From positions 8,701 through 72,700 of the forward strand of contig SLHP01000006.1 in the NCBI GenBank assembly GCA_007136095.1: a stretch of DNA of 64,000 nucleotides, given 5' to 3'. A program made the translations under genes and the position numbers. Shown here piece by piece: positions 24,847 to 35,236 of the stretch; positions within the stretch are counted from its first letter, which is position 1, and each line of letters starts with the position of its first letter. This DNA comes from Nitriliruptoraceae bacterium. Its GTDB lineage: Bacteria > Actinomycetota > Nitriliruptoria > Nitriliruptorales > Nitriliruptoraceae. The notes below the pieces were generated by a model. It was not told the DNA's origin, did no database searches, and worked only from the letters and a program-made list of their open reading frames with translations.

Positions 24847-25038
24847 CCGCCCACGCACCCCCGAGGGCGCTCACGCCCACGGCGTGAGCGTCCTTGGTTG
24901 TCCGGGCGGCACCCAGGGACCGCACGCGGAGATCCGAGGGAAAACCGCGCGCCGGGTGCCCGGCACAGCTCGACCTGTGGTTGGGTCGGATGGACGCAGG
25001 TCTGCGAACTGCGACTGACCGCCGGGTACGTTGGATAC

Positions 25039-25935
25039 ATGGACCTGTTGCGTATCGAACGATCATTGGACGACATCGGGACGGACCCCGTGCTGGTCGT
25101 CGCCCTCGACGGCTGGACCGATGCCGGCGAGGGAGGTTCCGTTGCCGCGGCTGCCCTGCTCGAGCTTCCGAGCGAACGCATCGGTGAGTTCCCGTCGGAT
25201 CAGCTCTACGACTACCGTGATCGCCGGCCGCAACTGGCGATCGATCGGGGTGTCCTCGGTCGACTCGACTGGCCGGAGCTGGCTGTCGACCTCGTCTCGG
25301 CCCCGGCCGGTCCTCCGCTCCTGTTGGTCCACGGCGCCGAACCGGACCTCGCCTGGCGAACCTGTGCCTCGGATCTGTTGGAGCTGGCCACGGCCGTCGG
25401 CGCTGACCGCTACGTCGGGCTCGGCAGCGTGCCCGGACCGATCCCACACACGCGCCCCGTCGATCTGATCTGCACCGGCAACGATGCGGAGGTCATCGAC
25501 CGGCTGGGCCGCGCGCACGAGCAGGTGGTGGTTCCTGCGTCCTGTCAGGTCGCCTGGGAAGCACTGTTCGACGCGGCGGGTCTGACGACGCTCGGCCTGT
25601 GGGTCCGGATCCCCCACTACGTCGCCGGTGACTATCCGGAGGCCACCCGCGCTCTGCTCGAGCGACTGTCGTCGCATCTCGGGACGCCGGTCGATCTCGA
25701 TCCCTTCGACGCGCTCGTCGCGGAGAACCGCAGCAAGCTCGATGTCGCTGCGTCGTCGTCCGAGGAGGTCTCCGAACACGTCAAGCAACTCGAGCGCCTC
25801 TACGACGCCGAGCAGGAGGCCGAGCAGGCCGTTTCCGGCATGGGGCAGGGCGTCGCCCTCAGCGAAGCCGAGGTCCCCTCCCCCGACGAACTGGGGGCAG
25901 AGATCGAACGCTTCCTCCGCGGCCGCGCCGACTGA
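25039..25935 (+). CDS. PAC2 (proteasome assembly chaperone 2-like) family protein
   Basis: [18 protein letters not shown]...[14 protein letters not shown]...[14 protein letters not shown]...LWVRIPHY matches the actinobacterial PAC2 family pattern. The start is set at MDLLRI. Confidence 0.75.
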   Translation: MDLLRIERSLDDIGTDPVLVVALDGWTDAGEGGSVAAAALLELPSERIGEFPSDQLYDYRDRRPQLAIDRGVLGRLDWPELAVDLVSAPAGPPLLLVHGAEPDLAWRTCASDLLELATAVGADRYVGLGSVPGPIPHTRPVDLICTGNDAEVIDRLGRAHEQVVVPASCQVAWEALFDAAGLTTLGLWVRIPHYVAGDYPEATRALLERLSSHLGTPVDLDPFDALVAENRSKLDVAASSSEEVSEHVKQLERLYDAEQEAEQAVSGMGQGVALSEAEVPSPDELGAEIERFLRGRAD

Positions 25936-25950
25936 GGCCAGGCTCCAGGT

Positions 25951-27501
25951 TCAGATCCGGAAGTCGAAGTCCGCTTCGATCTCCGCCACGTCCATCTGGG
26001 CCTTCTGGAGTTTGCCGCTGAAGTCCCAGTTCATCGACTGCCAACGCGTCACCTGATCGAGCACCCAGACGCCTGACTGGCGAGCGCCGTTCCCGGAGCG
26101 ACCGTTCCCGCCGAAGGGCAGGTGCGCCTCGGCACCGGAGGTCGAGTTGTTGATGCTCAACATCCCGGCGCTGACCCCCTCACGGAAGCGGAACGCATTG
26201 CGCGGATCCGTCGTGTAGATCGCCGCCGACAACCCGTAGCCGTGGTCATTGGCCAGGTGGAGCGCTTCCTCGAAGCTGTTGAACGTCGCGACCGGAGCGA
26301 TCGGTCCGAAGGTCTCCTGCCGGTACATCGCGTCGTCGGCCGTGACGCCGTCGACGATGACCGGGTGCTGGTAGATCCCGATGTCCGGATCGCCGACGAA
26401 ACCCTCGCGGGGCGACGAGGACCCGATGCGGCCGGTCGCTGACGAACCCATCACCCGGTGGTGTGGCTGGATGTCGTCGACCCACGACTGGAAGTTGGCG
26501 TCGAACCGATCCGAGATCATCGGCCCATACAGCACGTCCTGCATGGGATCGCCGACGATCGCCGCTTCCGTTGCCGCGGTGAAGCGTTCCAGGAACTCCG
26601 TGTGGATCGACTCGTGCACGATCGCGACGCCCAGCGACGTGCAGCGCTGGCCCGCGGTCCCGAACGCGGAGAACAGTGCGCCCTCGACCGCCAGATCGAG
26701 TTGCGCATCCGGCATCACGACCAGGGGGTTCTTGCCGCCGAGTTCCAACGTGGGGGCGACCAGGTGATGTCCACAGGTGGCGGCGATGCTGCGCCCGACA
26801 TCGGAAGATCCCGTGAACCCGACCTTCTGGAGGTGACCGGCCGCGAGGGCGCGCTCGACGCCGTCGCCGGTCGCCGGGCCGTCCGCCAGGACCAGTTGGA
26901 TGACCCCGGCCGGGATACCTGCCGCCAGGATGCAGCGGACGAACGCATCGGCGACCGCCGGGGCGTACTCCGCCGGCTTCCAGACCACGGCGTTACCGGC
27001 CATCAGCGCAGGCACCAGATACCACGACGGCACCGCCATCGGGAAGTTGCCCGCCGTGATGATCGCCATCGTTCCGACCGGGTTGCGGAACGTGAAGAGT
27101 TGCTTGTCCGGCATCTCCGAGGGCACCGTCATGCCGTACATCCTGCGTCCCTCGGAGGCGAAGAAGATGCACGTGTCGATGGCTTCCTGCACCTCGCCGA
27201 GCGACTCCCTGTACGGCTTGCCGACCTCGCGGGTGATGATGCGTGACAACGCTTCCTTGTTGTCCTTGAGGATCCGACCGAGATCCCCGACGGCGACCCC
27301 ACGGATCGGCGCCGGAACCCGGGCCCACTGCTGCTGGGCGATCGACGCCCGTTCCGCCGCGGTGACGAACACATCGGCATCGCCGAGCGACACGCGACTG
27401 ACGACGTCCGAGCGATCGGACGGCGAGGTCAGCTCGATCGGCGCCGCTCCTGGCGTGCGCTCACCATCGATCAGGGATGCGAGTTCGGTCACGTTCGGCA
27501 T
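25951..27501 (-). CDS. Aldehyde dehydrogenase family protein
   Basis: ALDH motifs are present: VVWKPAE, GFTGSSDVG, LELGGKNP and the catalytic Cys context GQRCTS. Confidence 0.88.
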   Translation of the reverse strand: MPNVTELASLIDGERTPGAAPIELTSPSDRSDVVSRVSLGDADVFVTAAERASIAQQQWARVPAPIRGVAVGDLGRILKDNKEALSRIITREVGKPYRESLGEVQEAIDTCIFFASEGRRMYGMTVPSEMPDKQLFTFRNPVGTMAIITAGNFPMAVPSWYLVPALMAGNAVVWKPAEYAPAVADAFVRCILAAGIPAGVIQLVLADGPATGDGVERALAAGHLQKVGFTGSSDVGRSIAATCGHHLVAPTLELGGKNPLVVMPDAQLDLAVEGALFSAFGTAGQRCTSLGVAIVHESIHTEFLERFTAATEAAIVGDPMQDVLYGPMISDRFDANFQSWVDDIQPHHRVMGSSATGRIGSSSPREGFVGDPDIGIYQHPVIVDGVTADDAMYRQETFGPIAPVATFNSFEEALHLANDHGYGLSAAIYTTDPRNAFRFREGVSAGMLSINNSTSGAEAHLPFGGNGRSGNGARQSGVWVLDQVTRWQSMNWDFSGKLQKAQMDVAEIEADFDFRI

Positions 27502-27749
27502 GTCGACAACCTCCGGGGAGGACGGTGGGGAAGACGGGTCCGCGAGCCGTTCGCTCGCACCGATCCTCGTTGCCCGTCACGGTACGCCCCCCGTGCTGCT
27601 CGCGCCCAACTGGCCGTGTGTGTCCGAGCCCGATCCGTGCCGAGTTCCGCCCCGGACCGGGGACCGGCACCCACAGCTAGGCTCGTGCCATCCTGCCGTG
27701 GCGCGACGCTGCCCCGCCGTGGCGTCCCCGTCTCCTCAAGGTCTCCAAC

Positions 27750-28727
27750 GTGCGTATCGCCGTGACCGGTTCCATCGCCACCGACTACCTGATGACCTTC
27801 CCCGGTCGCTTCTCCGAACAGTTGGTGGCCGACAAGTTGGACAACATCAGCCTGTCGTTCCTGGTGGATGAACTCCAGGTACGTCGAGGTGGTGTCGCAG
27901 CGAACGTGTCCTTCGGTCTCGCCCAACTCGGTCTGCGACCTCTGCTGGTCGGCGCCGTCGGCGAGGATTTCAACAGCGACTACCGCGCGTGGCTCAAGCG
28001 GCACGGTGTGGACTGTTCCGCCATCCAGGTCTCCGAGCTCCGTCACACAGCCCGGTTCCTGTGCACCACCGACGAGGACCAGAACCAGATGGCGTCCTTC
28101 TACACGGGCGCCATGGAGGAGTCGCGGTTCATCGAGTTGGAGCCGATCGCGGAACGTGTCGGGGTCCTGGACCTGGTCGTCGTCTCCCCCAACGACCCCG
28201 AAGCCATGATCCGGCACACCGCAGAGTGTCGCGCACTGGGGCTGCCCTTCATGGCCGATCCGGGACAGCAACTCGCCCGCATGGACGGAGCCCAGGTGCG
28301 CAAGCTCGTGGACGGCGCGCGGTACCTGGTCACCAACGACTACGAACGTGCCCTGCTCGAGACCAAGACCGGCTGGACCAGCGACGAGGTGCTCACCCGC
28401 GTCGATGTCCGCATCACCACGCTCGGCGCCAAGGGCTGCGTCATCGAGGATGCGAACGGTGTGATCGCTGAGGTCGTCGCCGCCCCCGAACAGGTCCGAG
28501 CCGATCCGACCGGTGTCGGTGACGCCTTCCGTGCCGGCTTCCTCGCCGGTGTCTCCTGGCAACTGTCGCACGAGGCCTGCGCGCAGGTTGGTTCCATGGT
28601 CGCGACCTACGTGCTCGAACACGTCGGTACCCAGGAGTACGAGATCGAGGCTGAGACGTTCGTCGAACGCTTCGCCGCGGTCTACGGCCGTTCGGCGGCT
28701 GACGAGGTCGCCCGCAACCTCGCGTGA
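27750..28727 (+). CDS. adoK: Adenosine kinase (PfkB family)
   Basis: The N-terminus MRIAVTGSIATDYLMTFPGRFSEQL...LSFLVD closely resembles M. tuberculosis AdoK (Rv2202c). The PfkB C-terminal motif DPTGVGDAFRAGF is present. The start is GTG. Confidence 0.8.
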   Translation: MRIAVTGSIATDYLMTFPGRFSEQLVADKLDNISLSFLVDELQVRRGGVAANVSFGLAQLGLRPLLVGAVGEDFNSDYRAWLKRHGVDCSAIQVSELRHTARFLCTTDEDQNQMASFYTGAMEESRFIELEPIAERVGVLDLVVVSPNDPEAMIRHTAECRALGLPFMADPGQQLARMDGAQVRKLVDGARYLVTNDYERALLETKTGWTSDEVLTRVDVRITTLGAKGCVIEDANGVIAEVVAAPEQVRADPTGVGDAFRAGFLAGVSWQLSHEACAQVGSMVATYVLEHVGTQEYEIEAETFVERFAAVYGRSAADEVARNLA

Positions 28728-28746
28728 CCCGCCTCGAACCGGCCCC

Positions 28747-29250
28747 ATGAGCACCCTGATCGCGCTGCTCCTGGTCTTTGTCGCTGCAGCCACACCCTGG
28801 CTGGAGGTGTTCTTCGTCGTTCCCGCCGCCATCCTCGCCGGACTGCCAGTAGGTCCGACGATCGTCATCGCCACACTGGGCAACGTCGCCACCCTCGTGC
28901 CCGCGGTCCTGCTCAGTGACCGTCTTCGTGCACGGGTCCGTCGTCGCCGAGGCGGTGCTGACGACCCACCATCCCGTCGACAGCAACGGAGTCGGCAACT
29001 CTTCGACCGCTACGGACTCCCAGGACTCGCGCTCCTTGGCCCATTGATCACCGGCATCCACCTGGCAGCGCTGGTCGCCGTCGGTGCCGGCGCCCCCCGA
29101 CGGGCGACCATCCTCTGGCTCAGTGGCGGTGTGGCGATCTGGTCCTTGGTCCTCGGTATCGCGACCCTGATCGGCATCGACGCCCTCATCGACCCGGATA
29201 GCCTCCCCGACCTCTTCGCAGACCGCTACGCGCCCATGCGCTCGACCTGA
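28747..29250 (+). CDS. Small multidrug export-like membrane protein (tentative family)
   Basis: The four-TM small membrane protein starts MSTLIALLLVFVAAATPWLEVFFVVPAAI. The ATG was chosen inside a 245-aa ORF. The last 8 codons lie within a duplicated 24-bp segment. Confidence 0.55.
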   Translation: MSTLIALLLVFVAAATPWLEVFFVVPAAILAGLPVGPTIVIATLGNVATLVPAVLLSDRLRARVRRRRGGADDPPSRRQQRSRQLFDRYGLPGLALLGPLITGIHLAALVAVGAGAPRRATILWLSGGVAIWSLVLGIATLIGIDALIDPDSLPDLFADRYAPMRST

Positions 29251-29289
29251 TCCGCGTGCTCTGGGCGCTACGCGCCCATGCGCTCGACC
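29224..29289. repeat. 24-bp perfect direct repeat (two copies, 18-bp spacer)
   Basis: CGCTACGCGCCCATGCGCTCGACC occurs at 29224-29247 and 29266-29289. Copy 2 is the antisense of the last 7 codons plus stop of serC. Confidence 0.9.
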
Positions 29290-30383
29290 ACCCAGTCGAC
29301 GCAGGCGGTGTAGGCCTGCAGGTCCGCCTGGTCGATCGCGGGGAACATCGCGATGCGCAACTGGTTGCGTCCGAGCTTGCGGTAGGCATCGGTGTCCAGG
29401 ACGCCGTTGGCCCGCAGGATCGCGTTCACCTCATCCGCGCTGATGGCGTCGTCGAGGTCGATCGTCGCGACGACCGTCGAGCGGGCGGCCTCGTCTTCGA
29501 CGAAGGGGCGAGCCCAGGATCGTGACGAGGCCCAGCCGTAGATCGTCTGCGCCTTCGCCTGCTGATGCTCGACGACTCCATCGAGGTCCCAGAAGGTCTC
29601 CCGCATCCAGTCGACCTGCTCGGCGGCGAGGATCACCGTCGCGACGGCCAACGTGTTGTAGGTCTGGTGCTTCCGGCTGTTGTCGAGCGCGGTGGAGAGG
29701 TCCAGGAACGCCGGGATGTAGCGATCCGACGCGCTGATGCCCTCGATCCGCTGTGCGCCGTCCGGTGACACGAAGGCGGTGGTCAGACCGCCGTCGGAGG
29801 CGAACCCCTTCTGCAGGCTGAAGTAGTAGACGTCCGCGTTGTTGAGGTCGACCGGCAGCGCCCCGGCTCCCGACGTGGCGTCAACCGCCACCAGCGCGTC
29901 GTCGACACGGACGATCTCCTGCACGACACCGGTCGTGGTCTCGTTGTGGATCAACGCCTGCACGTCGCAACCCGGCGCCGGGCTGATCTCCGGGCGCTGG
30001 CCCACCGGCGCGGACACCACGTCCGGCTCGTCCAACCACGGCGCCATGCGGGTCACCGCGGCGAACTTGCCGCTGAACTCGCCGAACTCGTAGTGCCGTG
30101 CCCGTTGCTCGACGAAGCCGAAGGCCAGGCTGTCCCAGAAGGCCGTCGCGCCGCCGACCGCGAGCAGCACGTCGTAGGCCTCCGGGGCGTTGAACAGACC
30201 GCGCAGTCCGTCCTGCAGCCGGGCGACCTGATCCTTGACCGCCGCCTGTCGGTGCGACGTGCCAAGGAGCCCGTCACCGATCTCGGCGAGTCGAGCGAGC
30301 GCTTCTGGCCGGACCTTGCTCGGGCCGGCGCCGAAGCGTCCGTCACGCGGCAGGAGGTCGGCGGGGATGGTCGTTGCGCCCAT
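29268..30383 (-). CDS. serC: Phosphoserine aminotransferase (actinobacterial type)
   Basis: Strongly resembles Mtb Rv0884c: PRDGRFGAGPSKVR, GTSHRQA, HNETTTGV, DATSGAG, YYFSLQKGFASDGGL, YRKLGRNQLRIAMFPA, CVDWVVER. Confidence 0.9.
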   Translation of the reverse strand: MGATTIPADLLPRDGRFGAGPSKVRPEALARLAEIGDGLLGTSHRQAAVKDQVARLQDGLRGLFNAPEAYDVLLAVGGATAFWDSLAFGFVEQRARHYEFGEFSGKFAAVTRMAPWLDEPDVVSAPVGQRPEISPAPGCDVQALIHNETTTGVVQEIVRVDDALVAVDATSGAGALPVDLNNADVYYFSLQKGFASDGGLTTAFVSPDGAQRIEGISASDRYIPAFLDLSTALDNSRKHQTYNTLAVATVILAAEQVDWMRETFWDLDGVVEHQQAKAQTIYGWASSRSWARPFVEDEAARSTVVATIDLDDAISADEVNAILRANGVLDTDAYRKLGRNQLRIAMFPAIDQADLQAYTACVDWVVERMGA

Positions 30384-30565
30384 GGGTCAACCTTCGCGAT
30401 CGGTGCGGGTCGCGAGTCAACACGTTCGGCACGCCAGACGCCACATCGTGCTCGACCACCGGCGGCGTCACGCCGAGAGGGCTGCCGGCCCGGGGCGCCG
30501 ATATGGGTGGCGTCACGCACTGACTACGCTCTGGCTCACCACGCCCCCGACCATCGAGTTGCCCG

Positions 30566-31759
30566 ATGACGCTGTCCGCCCGTATCCAGAACATGGAGGA
30601 GTCACCGACGATGGCGGTGACGGCCAAGGCCAAGGCCCTGAAGGCCGCGGGCGAACCCGTCATCGGGTTCGGGGCCGGCGAGCCGGATTTCCCCACCCCG
30701 GACAACATCGTCGAGGCAGCCGCTCGAGCGGTCGCCGACCCGATGAACCACCGCTACTCGGCGGCCGCGGGCCTGCCTGCGCTCCGAGAGGCGATCGCCG
30801 CGATCGCGTCCGCAAGTTCGGGTGGCGTGGTCGATCCGTCAGAGGTGGTCGTCGCCAACGGCGGGAAGCATGCGCTCTACAACGTGTTCATGGCGCTGGT
30901 CGACCCCGGTGACGAGGTCATCGTCCCCGCGCCCTACTGGGTGAGCTACCCGGAGCAGATCGCGCTCGCCGGTGGCGTGCCCGTGATCCTGCCGACCACC
31001 AAGGAGACGGGGTTCCGGGCGTCGGTCGAGCAGCTGGAGGCCGTCAGGACGTCCGCGACGAAGGCACTGGTCTTCGTGTCACCGTCGAACCCGACGGGGG
31101 CGGTCTACCCCGCCGACGAGATCGCCGCGATCGGATCCTGGGCAGCCGAGCACGGCATCTGGGTGATCACCGACGAGATCTACGACCACCTGGTCTACGG
31201 AGCTGCCGAGTTCGCGTCGCTGCCCGACGTGGCCCCCGAAGCACGCGAGCGGACCATCATCGTCAACGGGGTCGCGAAGACCTACGCGATGACGGGCTGG
31301 CGCGTCGGCTGGTCGGTCGCCCCACGCACCATCTCCGCCGGGATGAACAAGCTGCAGAGCCAGGTCACCTCCAACGTCTGCAACGTCGCGCAGCTGGCCG
31401 CGCTCGAAGCGCTGACGGGGCCGCAGGACGCCGTCACCACCATGCTGGCCGCGTTCGATCGTCGGCGGCGGACCGCCGTGGACCTGCTCAGCGCGATCGA
31501 TGGCGTCAGCGTCGTCGAGCCGGAAGGCGCGTTCTACGTCTTCCCGTCCTTCGAGGCCGTGCTCGGCACCAAGGTCGCCGGCCGACAGGTCGACACCACC
31601 CTGGAACTGGCCGAGGTCCTGCTCGAGGAAGCCAAGGTTGCGCTGGTTCCCGGCGAGGCGTTCGGCGCCCCCGGCTACGCCCGGCTGTCCTACGCGCTGG
31701 GTGACGAGGATCTGGCCGAAGGCATCAACCGCATCGGTGCACTGCTCGCTGGACGGTGA
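30566..31759 (+). CDS. Pyridoxal-phosphate-dependent aminotransferase (aspartate aminotransferase class I)
   Basis: Motifs [15 protein letters not shown] and the PLP-lysine context [15 protein letters not shown]. Confidence 0.85.
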   Translation: MTLSARIQNMEESPTMAVTAKAKALKAAGEPVIGFGAGEPDFPTPDNIVEAAARAVADPMNHRYSAAAGLPALREAIAAIASASSGGVVDPSEVVVANGGKHALYNVFMALVDPGDEVIVPAPYWVSYPEQIALAGGVPVILPTTKETGFRASVEQLEAVRTSATKALVFVSPSNPTGAVYPADEIAAIGSWAAEHGIWVITDEIYDHLVYGAAEFASLPDVAPEARERTIIVNGVAKTYAMTGWRVGWSVAPRTISAGMNKLQSQVTSNVCNVAQLAALEALTGPQDAVTTMLAAFDRRRRTAVDLLSAIDGVSVVEPEGAFYVFPSFEAVLGTKVAGRQVDTTLELAEVLLEEAKVALVPGEAFGAPGYARLSYALGDEDLAEGINRIGALLAGR

Positions 31760-32683
31760 TCAGTCAGCTTCGGGCAGGTCCGGACAGTCTGCGCGCTCCG
31801 GGGTCCCGGCCACCAGCTCGGCGATGTTCTCGTCGGTGACCACTCCCCCGGCTTCGTGCAGCAGGTCCCGATCGATACACACGTACGACGTCGAGGTCGC
31901 ACGCGGCTCGACGCCCGGCAGGTCGGTGTCGAAGCGGTCGATCGCGATCAGCACGCTGGTCGATCGCTGCGAGAGCAGTGCGAGCAGATCGGGCCGCAGG
32001 TCGGTATCGAAGTCCTCGGCGGCCACGGCGCGGGCGTCGAAGCTCGCCTGGACGGCTGGCTCGGCCGGAGCTTCATCACGCAGCACGGTGTAGCCGTCGA
32101 GGTGACGTGCCTGCCCCTGGAGGACCAGCTCCAGGCCAGCCTCGATGTTGCCACGGAGTTCGTCGGCGCCGGTCGCCACACCTTCGTCGGTCTCGGTGTC
32201 GAGCGGGAACGCGAGGTCGTGAGCATCGGCTTCGGCGAGTCGCTCCGCACCGTGCCAGATGTCGAGCCAGCCACGGGCGATGACGCTGACCGCGTCCGCG
32301 ATGTCTCCGTCGCTGTCGTCCGCATCGATGAACAGCTGACGCAGATCTCCCTCGACCGTGTCGAGGGTGGCGCGCAGGCCGGTGGCATCCCCATCGAACT
32401 CGCCGCCGGTCTCCTCGGGGTCGATGGTGACCGTGGTCGGCAGGATCGTCTCGGGGAGCAACTCCTCGAGTTCACCCAGCCGCTCGACCAGGTCTGTCGG
32501 ATCGGCGGCGGGCGCCGCGCTGTCGTCGTCCTGCTGCGCGATGGCTCCCCCGACCCCGATCGCGGCCAGGCCGATCGCCGCACACGCCGTCACGGCGAGT
32601 ACCCCGGTACGCCTCGATACCACCACGTCCTCCTCGGTCCTGCCGTCTGCTCCCCACGCGAGAAGCTCGTCGAACGACGTCAC
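31760..32683 (-). CDS. Hypothetical acidic protein with one N-terminal TM/signal-anchor helix
   Basis: A hydrophobic segment (VLAVTACAAIGLAAIGVGGAIA) is followed by an Asp/Glu-rich domain. No family recognised. Its stop abuts the aminotransferase stop. Confidence 0.55.
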   Translation of the reverse strand: MTSFDELLAWGADGRTEEDVVVSRRTGVLAVTACAAIGLAAIGVGGAIAQQDDDSAAPAADPTDLVERLGELEELLPETILPTTVTIDPEETGGEFDGDATGLRATLDTVEGDLRQLFIDADDSDGDIADAVSVIARGWLDIWHGAERLAEADAHDLAFPLDTETDEGVATGADELRGNIEAGLELVLQGQARHLDGYTVLRDEAPAEPAVQASFDARAVAAEDFDTDLRPDLLALLSQRSTSVLIAIDRFDTDLPGVEPRATSTSYVCIDRDLLHEAGGVVTDENIAELVAGTPERADCPDLPEAD

Positions 32684-32892
32684 GCTAGCGGTATCGGCAG
32701 GTCGGAGCGAGAACTCGAGTCCGGATCCCCAACCGACGACACCTTGTGCTCACGAAGCACATCGGCCACGCTACGCGACTGGTTGCTCCCTGGAAAGCGG
32801 AATGAACGCCCGGCATGACCGAGAGGCCACACTTGAGCGCGCAGCGCACACCGGCGCACGTCCGCTGATCGAACGCGCACCGGTGGGACGGC

Positions 32893-34197
32893 TCAGTAGC
32901 GGTAGGTCTCGTCCTTGTAGGGGCCGTCCTTGTCCACACCCAGGTAGTCGGCCTGTTCCGGGGTCAGCTCGGTGAGGTGCGCCCCGATCTTGTCGAGGTG
33001 CAGACGGGCGACCTCCTCATCGAGGTGGCGTGGCAGGACGTAGACCTCGTGCTTGTACTCCTCGTTACGTTCCCACAGTTCGAGCTGGGCGAGCACCTGG
33101 TTGGTGAACGAGGTCGACATCACGAACGAGCTGTGCCCGGTCGCGTTGCCGAGGTTCACCAGTCGCCCCTCGGCCAGCAGGATGACGGTGCGGCCCGTCG
33201 GCAGGTGCACCAGGTCGACCTGCGGCTTGACGTTCGTCCACTCGTACTCGCGCAGGGCGTTGGTCTCGATCTCGGTGTCGAAGTGGCCGATGTTGCACAG
33301 GATCGCGTGGTCCTTCATGCGCAGGACCATGTCGTGGGTGACCACGCCCATGTTGCCCGTGGCCGTGACCACGATGTCGGCCTCGGGGATGATCTCCTCC
33401 ATGGTCACGACCCGGAAGCCCTCCATGGCGGCCTGCAACGCGTTGATCGGATCGATCTCCGTGACGTAGACCGTCGCGCCCATGCCGTCGAGTGCCTGGG
33501 CGCACCCCTTGCCGACGTCGCCGTAGCCACCGACGACCGCGACCTTGCCGGCGATCATGACGTCAGTGCCCCGCTTGATGCCGTCGATGAGCGATTCACG
33601 GCAGCCGTAGAGGTTGTCGAACTTCGACTTGGTGACCGAGTCGTTGACGTTGATGGCCGGCATCCGCAGGGTCCCCTGCTTCTGCCAGGTACGCAGCTGC
33701 TTGATCCCGGTCGTGGTCTCCTCGGAGACACCGAGGATCTCGCTGAGCAGCTCCGGGTGCTCGTCGTGGATCAGCCTTGTGAGGTCACCGCCATCGTCGA
33801 GCAGGAGGTTCGGGCCGCTGCCGTCCGGCCACACCAGCGTCTGTTCGATGCACCAGACGTACTCCTCCTCGGTCTCGCCCTTCCAGGCGAAGACCGGGGT
33901 ACCCGCCGCCGCGACGGCCGCCGCGGCCTCGTCCTGGGTGGAGAAGATGTTGCACGACGACCACCGCACCGAGGCGCCGAGGTCCTGCAGGGTCTCGATC
34001 AGGACCGCGGTCTGCACCGTCATGTGCAGACAGCCGGCGATCCGGGCGCCCGCGAGCGGCTTCTGGCCGTCGTGGCGCGATCGCAGCGTCATCAGGCCAG
34101 GCATCTCACGCTCCGCGAGCCCGATCTCCTTGCGCCCCCACTCGGCGAGATCGAGGTTCGCGACCTCGAAGTCCTCATCGGGGTAGCGGCGGGTCAT
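32893..34197 (-). CDS. ahcY: Adenosylhomocysteinase
   Basis: Motifs [44 protein letters not shown] and the C-terminal YRY. The start is set at [12 protein letters not shown]. Confidence 0.92.
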   Translation of the reverse strand: MTRRYPDEDFEVANLDLAEWGRKEIGLAEREMPGLMTLRSRHDGQKPLAGARIAGCLHMTVQTAVLIETLQDLGASVRWSSCNIFSTQDEAAAAVAAAGTPVFAWKGETEEEYVWCIEQTLVWPDGSGPNLLLDDGGDLTRLIHDEHPELLSEILGVSEETTTGIKQLRTWQKQGTLRMPAINVNDSVTKSKFDNLYGCRESLIDGIKRGTDVMIAGKVAVVGGYGDVGKGCAQALDGMGATVYVTEIDPINALQAAMEGFRVVTMEEIIPEADIVVTATGNMGVVTHDMVLRMKDHAILCNIGHFDTEIETNALREYEWTNVKPQVDLVHLPTGRTVILLAEGRLVNLGNATGHSSFVMSTSFTNQVLAQLELWERNEEYKHEVYVLPRHLDEEVARLHLDKIGAHLTELTPEQADYLGVDKDGPYKDETYRY

Positions 34198-34352
34198 CGG
34201 TGGGGTCGAGTCGGACACGGTGGTCTCCAGGGAGGGTGATGGGGCCCGGGGGGGCGTGGGGCGGCGCACAGAGGTTCGGTGCCGTGCGCCTCATGGCCGG
34301 GAGTGTGCCGCACGGATCGGAGCCTGGCGAGCCCAGGCATCGAGCCCGTGCA

Positions 34353-35024
34353 TCACCGGCGCAACCACCGGACCGGCCGCGGGGTGACGGACAACCGAAC
34401 GGTCTGCTCGCGGGCGGCGGCCAACTGATCCAGGAACCACGCCCGTGGCACCTCGATCGCGCCCAGGCGTTCGAGGTGCGGCGTGGGCAGTTGGACGTCC
34501 AGCATCCACCCCCCCGCCTCGGCCAGGCGATCGACCGCGTCGACCAGCGCGACCTTCGACGCGTCCGTGCGACGATGGAACATCGACTCACCGGTGAACG
34601 ATGCGCCGACCTGTACGCCGTACATCCCGCCCACGAGCTGGTCACGGTCCCAGACCTCGAAACTGTGTGCCCAGCCCAGGTGGTGGAGTCGCAGGTAGGA
34701 CCGGGCGAGCTCCGGGGTGATCCACGTCCCCGTCCCGGGTGGCCGCATCGCGCAGGCCTCGACCACCTCCCGGAACGCCGTATCGACGGTCGTGACCCAC
34801 CCACTCGAGCGCAGCCGGGCACGCAGACTCCGGGAGACGCGCAGGCGATCGAGTGGGATGATCGCGCGTGGATCGGGGCTGAACCATGGCAGCGGCATCC
34901 CAACGTGGGGCCACGGGAAGATCCCACGCTGGTAGGCGTCCACGAGCGTCGCGGGGCCGAGGTCCGCACCGATGCCGACGACACCGTCCTCATCGGCCTG
35001 ATCGCCATCCGGAAGCATCCACAT
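34353..35024 (-). CDS. aat: Leucyl/phenylalanyl-tRNA--protein transferase
   Basis: The L/F-transferase signature reads AYQRGIFPWP...PLPWFSPDPRAI...HSFEVW....LVGG.YGV..G..F.GESMF......ASKVAL. The start is set at MWMLPDG. Confidence 0.8.
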   Translation of the reverse strand: MWMLPDGDQADEDGVVGIGADLGPATLVDAYQRGIFPWPHVGMPLPWFSPDPRAIIPLDRLRVSRSLRARLRSSGWVTTVDTAFREVVEACAMRPPGTGTWITPELARSYLRLHHLGWAHSFEVWDRDQLVGGMYGVQVGASFTGESMFHRRTDASKVALVDAVDRLAEAGGWMLDVQLPTPHLERLGAIEVPRAWFLDQLAAAREQTVRLSVTPRPVRWLRR

Positions 35025-35236
35025 CGAGGGACCGACGGGCTGCGGGCGGCGCGCGAACAGCTGCTGCGGTTCCCGCTCGCCCCGCCGACCGATCTCATGA
35101 GAGCCCGGGGACCCATTCCCCGCCGACGATCCCGTGCGCACGATGCCGCCTCCCAACAACGGTCCCGGGCCTGCTGCCCCGGCGACCGTTGCCGAGAAGC
35201 TAGCGTGCCGGGGACCGAACGGACCGGAGTGACGAC

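Noticed and set aside
34198-34352. Possible SAH riboswitch in the 155-nt leader of ahcY. It contains GCCAGGCTCCGA and a GGCGCAC...GTGCGCC hairpin.
   Set aside because: As I recall the SAH element, the order is CCGAG-GAGCGC-hairpin-GCCAGGCUCGG-...-GCGCUC, and that order is not reproduced here. GCCAGGC pairs locally with GCCTGG instead. An Infernal scan with RF01057 would settle it.
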